Assembly (NCBI RefSeq): GCF_009914755.1 | Contig: NC_060925.1 | From: the human T2T-CHM13v2.0 reference genome, Homo sapiens | Reading direction: 5' to 3' (one strand) | Length of the DNA stretch: 64,000 nucleotides | Shown here: positions 54,688 to 64,000 of the stretch, piece after piece | How the letters are laid out: every line of letters begins with the position of its first letter | Numbering within the stretch: the first letter of the stretch is position 1 | Notes under the pieces: model-generated | The model's database searches: none | Told to the model about the DNA's origin: nothing | Seen by the model: the letters and a program-made list of their open reading frames with translations, nothing else | Made by a program: the position numbers and the translations under genes

Positions 54688-55545
54688 TCTGTTGAAGAAG
54701 CAAAGACAGACTTTATTCAAGGGGCAGGGAGTTGAGGAATGATGATAGATATAGGGACAACTGCAATAGGGGTCTTGCAGTAGGGGAGATAGATTGGGCT
54801 TAATTCTGAATACCGCATGTGCAAGTGGGAATTTATTGCCAAGGAGGAGGGTGGTGGCAGTGGATGCAAAATTACTAAGAGGAAATACCAGTGGTGCTGT
54901 GGAAACATCAGGGATGCTATGTTTCCCCAAAATTCACATGTTAATATCTTTACCTCCAAGCTGATATTATTAGGACCTGGGGCATTTAGGAGATGATTAG
55001 GTCATGGGGTGGAGCCCTGGTGAATGGGATTAGTGCCTTTCTAAGAGGCTGGAAAGAGACCCTTTTCCCATTTTGCCATGTGATGTTAGAGTGACAAGAT
55101 GGCTATCTATAGGAAAAGTGAAACTCACTAGACACAGAACCTGCCAGCACCTTAATCTTGGACTTCCTAGAGTCCAGAACCGTGAAAAATAAATTTCTAT
55201 TGTTTATAAGCCAACCAGTTTATGGGTTTTTGTTACGGCAGCCTAAATGTACTAAAACAAGGGGTTAAGAAGAGATTCTGGCTAAGCCAACCTAGTAGGA
55301 TTTCCTGCTGAAGGCAGGTTATGTGATCAGACATTTCTTGGGGGATGGTGGAAAATGAGAAACCCAATCAAATATCCAGGATGATCAGATATCAAGGGCA
55401 GAGAGTTCTGGTTAAACTGACTCAGCAGAATCCTTGCTTCAATTGGTCAATGCAGAGATGAGCACAGAAGTCCAAAAGTCAGGCCTTATTGAAAAAGAGT
55501 TCAGGGGCGCCTCAATAGAGTTTTGTGAAAGAGATAATCTTTGGG
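54688..55545 (-). mobile_element. MER31/MER67-family ERV1 LTR, split by MLT1A0
   Basis: aaagacagactttattcaagggg...gattctggctaagccaacctagtagg...gagataatctttg. Confidence 0.75.
54915..55259 (+). mobile_element. MLT1A0-like solo LTR
   Basis: ccccaaaattcacatgtt...gaatgggattagtgcc...ttggacttcc...gtactaaaaca; TSD-like aggga / agggg. Confidence 0.88.
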
Positions 55546-55834
55546 ATAATAAAGCTCTTTGCAGGAGTGCATCAAATGCTTTGATGATGGCTGTATATAT
55601 ATAAAGGCTTGGCCGATGATTGTTTCAGTTGGAAAATATAAGCAAATATATTTGTTATTCAGCTTTTGATACAATTTGGCTCTGGAATGTATTTCTCTAG
55701 GAAGTGAAGCAAATCATCAAGATAGCATTCCCTGAAACTTTATATCACCAGTTGGTCCTTTGATGATTTCTGATATTTATTTCTCTACATTAAAATTCAT
55801 GAAAGCTCTCAATTTAAAAAATATGTTTTAAAAA

Positions 55835-57720
55835 ACAGTCATGAGGCCAGCATTATGTAAATACCAAAATCGGACAAAGACATTACACTCAAAAACATAG
55901 ATGCAAAAGTCCTCAACAAAATGCTAGCAAATCAACCCAACAAAGTATAGAAATAGTTATAAGAATTCTACAATCAAGTGGAGATTAGCCTAGGTATGCA
56001 GACTGGTTCAACATTCCACAATCAATTGATGTAATCTCTCACATCAACACTACAAAATAAAAATCACATCAATAAATGCCAAAAAAAAGTTTGAGCATTT
56101 GACAAAATATATTACCCATTCATGATAAAAACTCTCAGTATAGTAGGAATAGAGGGGAATTTTTTCAACTTGATAAAGAATATCTATAAAAAATATATCG
56201 CTAACATGATACTTAATGATGAGAACCTGGAAACTTTCCAACCAAACTCAGGAACAAGGCAAATAGGTTCCTTCTTACAACTCCTTTTCAGCAATGTTCT
56301 GGAAGTTCTAATTCATATAATAAATCAAAATGAAATGGAAGGTACACAAATTGAGAAGAAAGAAATAAAACTGTCTTTATTCACAGATGACATAATTTTC
56401 TATGTGGAAATTTGGAAAAAAAATCAACAAAAAAAACTCCTGGAACTAACAACCAGTTATAGCAATATTGTAGGATACAACGTTAAATTTAAAAAGTCAA
56501 TCACTTTCCTATATACCAGCCAGGAATGGGTAAAATTTGAAATTAAAAACACAATACCATTTACATTAGCATCCAAAAAATGACATAGCAACAAATGTAA
56601 AAAATAAAACAAAAAGTATAACATTTATATAATGGAATCTACATGCTTGTAATGAAAGAAGTTAAAGAAGAAATAAATTGAGAGTAATATTCCTACTCAT
56701 GGAGAGAAAGACGAAGTACTGACAATATATTAGTTCTTCTCTACTTGATCTATCCCAATCAAAATACCATCAAGTTATTTTGTGGTTATAAACAAGCTGA
56801 TTCTAAAGCTCACATGGATAGGCAAAAGATCCATCATAGCCAACAGGAATTTGAAGAACAACGTTGGAAAACTGATATTATTGGACTTCAAGAATTATCA
56901 TAAAGCCACAGTAATCAAGACAGAGTGATATTGGTAATGGAAGAGACAAATAAATCAATGGAACAGAATAGAGAACCCAGAAACAGACCCACTTAAATAT
57001 AGTCAACTGATCGTTGACAGAAGAACAAAGGCATTATGCAATGGAGTGAGGGCAATCTTTTCAAAAAAAGGTAATGGAACAAATGAACATCCAATGCAAA
57101 AATAAATAAATAAATAAATCCAGGCAAAACCTTATACCCTTAATTAAAATGAACAAAAAATAGATCATAGACCTAAAGGTAAAAGGCAAAACAATAAAAC
57201 TCTTATAGGAGAAAACCTAGATTACCTTGGGTATGCTGATAATTTTTTAGATCCAGCTCCAATGGCATAATTCATGAAATAAATAATTGATAGACAGGTC
57301 TTCATTAAAAGTAAAAACTTCAGGCAGGGTTTGTTGGCTCACACCTGTAATCCCAGCTTTCCGGGAGGTCGAGGTGGGCGGATCTCTGGAGTCCAGGAGT
57401 TCGAGACCAGCCTGGACAACATGACAAAATCCCGGCTCTACAAAAAATTTGAAATTAGCAGGGTATTGTGGCGTGTGCCTGTAGACCCAGCCCTAGGGAA
57501 GTTTAGGTGGGAGGATGGCTTGAGCCCAGAAGGCAGAGGTTGCAGTGAGCCATGATTGCCCTACTGCCTTCCTGTCTGGGCAACAAAGAGAGACCCTGTC
57601 TCAAAAAAAAAAAAAAAAAAAAAAGTGAAAACTTCTGCTCTGCGAAAAGTAATATTATGAGATGAAAAAGACAGGCATAGATGGAAGTAAATATTTTCAA
57701 AAGACAAATCTGCTAAGAAC
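55835..57720 (+). mobile_element. L1M ORF2 (reverse transcriptase region) fragment
   Basis: ORF 56122-56583 (GTRQ..., IKLSLFTDDII, matching L1 RT LFADD). Confidence 0.9.
57323..57620 (+). mobile_element. AluJ
   Basis: ggaggatggcttgagcccagaagg...gagccatgattg; poly-A; TSD aaaagtaaaaacttc / aaaagtgaaaacttc. Confidence 0.93.
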
Positions 57721-57789
57721 TTCCAGCAGTTTGCTGGATAGATAAAATGGAATTTTCAAATATTCATGATCACACTAATAAATTAGCTA

Positions 57790-58050
57790 TAGTGCTATAG
57801 TTTGAAAAACAATAGTTTTAACTCTGGGGTCAAATAGACCTTATTATGAGGTAGACCACAAAATTCTGGCCCTACATGTCTATGGACTTATTGGGTGTTC
57901 CATTTAAAGGTTAGTTTTCTCATCTTTAAAATAAGCATAATAATAATTTTTTTAAAAAAAAAAACTTGTAGGGTTGTTTTACACTTTAATTGTAGAATTT
58001 GATTTATTCAATAATTGAGAGAATAGCTTCGTTCAACAAATGCTTGTGGT
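57790..58050 (+). mobile_element. MIR SINE
   Basis: ttagttttctcatctttaaaataagcataataata...gtagggttgtt. Confidence 0.55.
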
Positions 58051-58564
58051 AACAAATATTTAGAGCATATAAAATATCATAGAACTCCGTACTTCAAAGA
58101 GTTTATGAATTGCTATTATGTTTCACTCAAGCTCATGAAGCTGATTTTAAAAAATAGAATAAAATTTATTATATTTCAAAAGGAACTATAAATGTCATGT
58201 GCACATAATAGTTACATTGATATGGCTAGTACCTTTTCTCTTGCTGTTAAACTTGAGATCTCAAGTAATAATCAGAAGGTTGATAAGTATGAAATCAGAG
58301 CATGGAGAATTAATTAGATGAAAAAAATATTTCTCATCACATCAAAGTAGTCTGAGGTACCATCTCCATATTAGAATAGTCTTGCAAAAGAAACCTTAAT
58401 TTTCTTGTCTAAAGCTTGTTCTCTCCTAAATAGCCTTTAGATGTGCACTGAGACATTTATTTCACTTTATTTTTATGCCTCATGGCTCCCAGTGTCTCTT
58501 TATGTTTGCTATATTTTTGTTCTGGTTTGGTTTTTAATATGTTGCTAGATCCTATTTACAGTGC

Positions 58565-58760
58565 AGTCTAGCATCTCCAGGAGTAGACAGCCTGGCTTCT
58601 AATCTAACCCCATTCAAATCATTTCTTAAGCTTCGTAATGTGAAAATTTTCTCTGTTCTTCAGTTTCATTGTATAAAGTAAGCATAAAAGTTGGACCTGT
58701 TTATTTTTCTAAAACTATTGTTAAATAATGAAATGCATGTTTCATGGTTAGCTTAGCCCA
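58565..58760 (+). mobile_element. MIR SINE
   Basis: agtagacagcctggcttctaatct...ctctgttcttcagtttcattgtataaag. Confidence 0.5.
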
Positions 58761-59029
58761 TAACATTTCATGTCTGACAAATATGGCTGTTCTTGATGAA
58801 ATATACATTTTAGTAGATTCTTGGTGGCCCTGGGCCATTTTCTTTCTTTTTGTTATTTCTGGTCCTAACTTTGAATATCATTTATATGTTGAATATATAG
58901 TTCAGCAGTAGGAGCAGTTATATTTCTAATTTTGAAGGGATATCCTAGGTCTAAGAACTAAGACACTTTTTATAGAACTCTTAATCTCAACCAGTTGTTA
59001 AGAGATTAGCAATTCATTTTATTATATTT

Positions 59030-59332
59030 TTGTTTTTTTATTTTTTAGAGGCATGATATCACACTGTCACCCAGGCTGGAGTGAAGTCACGTGATTATAG
59101 TTCACTGTAATCTCAGGCTCCTGGGCTCAAGCAATCCTCCCATTTCAGCCCCCAAAATAGCCAAGACTACAAGTGCATGCCACCAAGACTGGCTACTTTT
59201 TAAATTTTTTTGTAAAGACAGGGTCTTTGACATTGCCCAGGCTGGTCTCAAACTCCTGGCCTCAAGCAATCTTCCTTCCTCAGTCTTCCTAAGTTCTGGA
59301 ATTACAAGAGTGAGCCACTGCGCCCATCTAGA
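59030..59332 (-). mobile_element. AluJ
   Basis: gattatagttcactgtaatctcaggctcctgggctcaagcaatcctccc. Confidence 0.92.
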
Positions 59333-59334
59333 CT

Positions 59335-59475
59335 GTGTTTTAAGTATTGTCTGTCTCCCTGTATTAGAATGTTTGCTCCACAGACAAGAATCTTTGTCCA
59401 TTTTGTCCACAGATATTTCCAAGCACACAGTACGCACTCGAAAGATATTTATTAAATGAATGTATGAGTAAATGA
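59335..59475 (+). mobile_element. L2 3' end
   Basis: ttgtctgtctccctgtattagaatgtttgctccacag...atatttattaaatgaatg. Confidence 0.75.
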
Positions 59476-60672
59476 CTATGTGAGGAAAAAGGCATGAAAC
59501 TATTATAGTTCTATAGAAAGTGCATATTAAAAATTCATCAGCCCTGTACCTAGAGAATGAATTTTATTATCTATGAAAGTACCAAACAATATAATTCTTC
59601 TCTGGTTAAGATTGATTTGATGCAATCATTTTGAAGGTTTATTCCAGTTTCTATTTTGTCTACACGTAGAAAAACTAGGAACGGAGAACATCTCACTCGT
59701 TTTGTTACATCTTAGTTTGCAGAAAAAGAATAGTCAGTCCTAGATCGTTTTGTAAAATATCATCTTACTTTGTAAAAATAGTATTATTTAAATTAGTCAA
59801 TCTTTCAGTCTGTTAAAAAATAGGTGTTATGAATAACATGTGAAAAAAATGTGTAAAAGTTAAATCCCTAAATGAGTTCTAAAATAGTCACATTGAAGGT
59901 ATATATGAGAAAGATGCAAGTCATAGGAGGAAGAAATCATTTCTGATTTAATAATTCAAAAGGACAGAGTGTAAATAGATTCAGATATTTTATCTACGAA
60001 AAAGAAATTATAAATAATTGCCAAGTGAAATTTATTTTAAAGGAAAAAGATTATTTTCAATATTGTTTGCTTTTAGTTGTTGAAATATGACAGCAGGAGA
60101 AAAATAATAGTGTTCTAAGATGAATAATATTGGTTAAATAATGTTATTACAGTTTTATTCTTGGTATAGGATTAGAAATAACAGAGTAGGGGATTTTAAA
60201 AAGCATGGAGAGAAATTTCTGGAAAAAACACTACTAAGTATATGATATGTAAGTATTATGACATACTGTATCCTTTAGAATTTCTTTCCTTCCATTTTTC
60301 CAGCATAATCTCACCAGATCTTTCAAAGTCCTGTTGATAAAATTACAGTGAAGTATTTACTATTTCCAAAGCATGTCTTGTCTTTTAAAGCCTTTGTTTC
60401 ACTGACCATGCTGTCTTTATTTCTCTGAAATATTAACTGAAGTGCTTCAATATCCAGGTTAAATATAAATTCATTCATGGTGATGCTTAAGTTACCCAGA
60501 CATAATGTATTACTAATTTCAGGTCAATGTACTTACATACTATGTGACCCAGACAGAAGGTATTACTCACTTCGGATTCATATACTTACATACAATGTGA
60601 TTATGTGTCAGGCTTTGTGCTAGGAGCTGTAAGTATAAGATGGCAATGACACAGTCTTCACCTGTAGGAAGC

Positions 60673-62090
60673 TGTATTAGGCAGGCTTCACTCCAGGAAA
60701 CAGTAGCCCTTATACTCTGAAAGATGTTTTATTCCAAATAAGTTATGAACTTATTCTGTCTTCCATGAACCACCAGCACCTGTTCTCTGGTTCTTTTCTT
60801 ATCCTTACTGACTTTAAAGCTAATGGAGCTAGATAACAAACCCCAGATTCCCTTCCTTCAGAATATATTATTGTCTGCAACCAGTCCTGGTACAAAAACT
60901 CTTTCAAGACAGAGTATAGGAAAAATAACTTTAAATATTCTATGCAAAGAAGAAAATTTAATATAGGTGCTAACACAGTCATTGGAAAAGATGGAGAAGT
61001 GTGCTTTAGGCTGTCTGTCCTGGAATGATTCCCAGAAAAGTGGAGAGCTGACCTACTTGGAAACTGACTCTGCAAGAATCAGGAAGTGGGGAGAATGGAG
61101 AAACTGGCCCTGGAATATTTGGGTTCAAACACTCAGCTGTAGCTCTGAATCAGAGATTCGAAATTTGGAATCTGAAAGCCATTGCAATCCTGCTGCAACT
61201 TCATCTCAATCCTATGAAGCTGGTATATGCACATAGAAATTTGAAGTCTGCATTCTGTCTCTGTCAAAACTATCCACTAAGTTGGTGCAAAACTAACTGT
61301 GGATCAACCTACTATTAACTGATGAATAAACAAAGAAAATGTGGTATATATACGTGATGGAATGTTATTTAGCTATAGAAAAGAAGGAAATCTTGTCATT
61401 TGCAAGAACATGGATGATCCTAGAGGATATTATGTTAGGTGAAGTAAGCCAGGCATAGAAAAACATGGCATGATCTAACTCACTTGCAGAATTTTTTAAA
61501 ACATTGATTCTGTAAAATTAGAGAGTAGAATAGTGGTTACCAGAGGATAGGGTGGTTAGCGGGTATGTAGGATGGGGAGATGTTTACCAAAAGATACATA
61601 ATTAGATAGGAGGAATAAATTCAAGAGTTCTGTTGTACAGCAAGGTGACTATAGTTAATATATTCTTGAAAAATGCAGAGTCAATGTTAAATGCTCCTAA
61701 CACAAAAATAGTAACTGTGTTCATTAGATTCAACCATTCCACAATGTTTGTGTACTTTAAAACATCATGTTGTACATGATAAATGTGTACAATATTATCT
61801 GTCAATTAAAAAAATCTATTTTTGCTTCAACACTGGCAAAGATAAAGATTGGACACTGAAACACTGCTGCATAAAAACTCTTTGGTTACCAAAGGTAAAT
61901 AATGAAAGACGCGTAAAGATGACTTTCTACTTTGCCTACTTTCAACCTTCATAAAAGTGCAACTTGGTGGCAGAATCTAATTTGAATCCTGAAAGCTAAG
62001 TAAAAGAAAATGTGTAAGAAAGGAAGATACACTAGAAGGGTGGGAAAATAGGCTAGCAGTCAATTGACAATATCCACCACAAGGATTTTC
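60673..62090. mobile_element. Ancient LTR remnant (family unresolved), interrupted by L1MA
   Basis: Begins tgtattagg; LTR-like purine-rich content on both sides of the L1. Confidence 0.3.
61303..61814 (+). mobile_element. L1MA (MA7/MA8-like) 3' end, preceded by a MADE1-like TIR scrap (~61278-61302)
   Basis: gaaatcttgtcatttgcaagaacatggatg...ttagataggaggaataaattcaagag...ctgtcaattaaaaaaa. Confidence 0.88.
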
Positions 62091-62099
62091 TATTTTTGC

Positions 62100-62630
62100 C
62101 TGTAATATGACCAACTATATATGCAATATGATAAAATAGAAATTGATATGGTATGTTCTAAAAGTGTGCAAAGTAAAGATCCTCAGTTTGGGGAGGTTTC
62201 TTGGAAGAGACGAACCATAACTGGATCATGAAGGATGAGTAAAAATAAACGAAGTGAGTTAAACTAAGTATGGAAAGTCATTCCAGAGAGAGAAAACAGA
62301 AAAGATGTAGAACAGCGTGATGCTTATAATCTATCAACAGAAAATAGGTAATAGATGGTAGAGGTGAGGTAGGGGAGGAACATACCCAAGTTGGGAAAGT
62401 TTCATGTATTTTGTTAAGGAGGTTGAGCTGATTCCGTATGTAATGGAGAACCACCAGAGGTCTCTTCATGCAGAGTAAGAAAGTCAGATCAGCATTTTAT
62501 AGGTCATTCTGGCACTAGTGAGAGAAAGAGATTAAATGGTGGATGGGAGGAGACAACTAGAGGGAAAGATACCTATTATACTCTAGTAGTCTTCTATGTT
62601 AGACACTATGAGTGTTTAAAATAGGGCATT
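62100..62630 (-). mobile_element. L2 fragment
   Basis: tgaaggatgagtaaaaat...gtaatggagaaccaccagagg...attctggcactagtg. Confidence 0.55.
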
Positions 62631-62751
62631 TTGTATATATGCTAACACTTAGAGCACATTTTATTTGGATTATATGCATATTTTTCCTCCCCTAATGAAT
62701 TGTATAATTCTTATGGACTCAAGTAGATCATCTAAAACATTTTGTCTTTAG

Positions 62752-63539
62752 GATTTGCAGAGTGATTGGGACATGCTAATCTCAGCACTTAATCAGATAG
62801 ACTTGAATTTAAGATTATTAGAAGAATGTATTCACCAACACTATATGAAATATGGAATTAAGGCAGTGATAATTTTGATTCTAACAATATAATTTTTTTT
62901 CTCCAACAAAATCCCTAGTGGAAAATGAAAAAAAAATTGTTAAATTACACAGAATTATTACAATTCTGTTTTGAAAGAGGACATTAGTGAAAGTAATTAG
63001 TGTAATTTAATAGAGTAATATGTTATCTCATTTTATTCATATTTTTCTAGTAACGATTTAAAATATTATGTGGTCTTTCCATGTCTGAGATTATCTGAAT
63101 GGCTGTGTCATGATTCATGCTCTGCCCTGCAGCGAATAATGTAATCTCTGCTCTGTTATTACCTAACTTGAAAATTTAAGATAATAATTTTCCTTCTTTT
63201 CCATTATAGGAAACACTGAAGGTTTCCTATCATCAACTACTTATTATGTAATGCTTGAATTTTCTTAACTGAAATGGAAACCTATATAACTACAAAACAT
63301 TCTTGTTATATCATAGTATCAATAAATGCATTTAGCTAGTATATTGAAAGTGATTGTTGTAATTGGTCCTTTTTGAAAAGAAAAATCTGGTCATTTCTAA
63401 AAGGATGTTATCGCCCGTCTTCTTAGTGAAGAAAACAAAATGAAGCGGACACATTGCTAGGGTTTTAAGAAGGAACTATAAAAACTGACAGAATGTAGAT
63501 GAAGACAGATGGTTGAAAAGTAAATGGTAATAACCCAAG
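62752..63539 (+). pseudogene. Two candidate fossil exons (62752-62862 open; 63210-63539 stop-riddled)
   Basis: Acceptors ttttgtctttag and tccttcttttccattatag; lengths 111 and 330 nt, both phase 0-0; the first reads DLQSDWDMLISALNQIDLNLRLLEECIHQHYMKYGIK but has a non-canonical donor (gcagtg). Confidence 0.3.
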
Positions 63540-63634
63540 GTAAAAAGTACAGCAGAACAGTCATATTCCTTAGAATATTGTCCTTTATCTGGCCCCATAA
63601 CAATTTGAAAACTTGGTTCGGAAAGATTTGTTTA

Positions 63635-64000
63635 TATCATAGTTCTATTTTTAATTTTTGAGGAAACTTCCTAGTGTTTTTGATAATGTCTGTACTAATT
63701 TACATTTCCACCAGCAGTGTATAGATGTTTGTTTTTCTCTGTATTCTTGCCAGCATTATTTATTTGTTTATTTATTTATTTATTTTAGCCTTTTTGATAA
63801 CAGCCATTCTAACTCAGTTGAGGAGATAACTCATTATGGTTTTGATTTGTATTTCTCTAATGATTAGTGATGTTGAACTTTTTTATTGATCTGTTGGCCA
63901 TTTGTATGTCTTCTGTGAGTGTCTATTCAGGTTTTTTGCTCATTTTTAATCAAATTATTCTTTTGGTATTTAGTTGTTTGAGTTCCTTATATACTCTGGA
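63635..64000 (-). mobile_element. L1MA/L1PB-type fragment running off the window
   Basis: tttttgaggaaacttcctagtg...tgtactaatttacatttccaccagcagtgtat. Confidence 0.88.

Noticed and set aside
56122-56583. 153-aa reverse-transcriptase-like ORF
   Set aside because: Fragment of a decayed L1 ORF2 with disrupted flanks; not a novel RT system

Overview
AT-rich, repeat-dense catarrhine primate (probably human or ape) intronic/intergenic DNA. The evidence is AluY/AluS/AluJ, L1PA/L1M, THE1, MSTA, MER52 and HERV-H LTR7-type elements. No intact protein-coding gene, rRNA, tRNA, CRISPR array or prokaryotic system is visible. Almost every ORF in the supplied track comes from repeats or low-complexity sequence. 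The main structures are: (1) an MSTA MaLR provirus containing an antiparallel, partly deleted THE1 element (1238-4987); (2) a 177-bp locally templated duplication with CTTA at both junctions (20224/21221); (3) a ~1.75-kb MER52 solo LTR; (4) a solo LTR7B-type LTR with a perfect 5-bp TSD; (5) long, mostly minus-strand L1M blocks with nested insertions. In the unique sequence, several plus-strand exon-like segments have plausible splice sites and compatible phases but carry in-frame stops (16.4, 30.9-31.6, 51.9-53.7 and 62.8-63.5 kb). They may be the fossil of a dead multi-exon gene; this is a hypothesis needing cross-species alignment. Repeat subfamily names come from recalled consensus sequences, and the boundaries of old elements are approximate.
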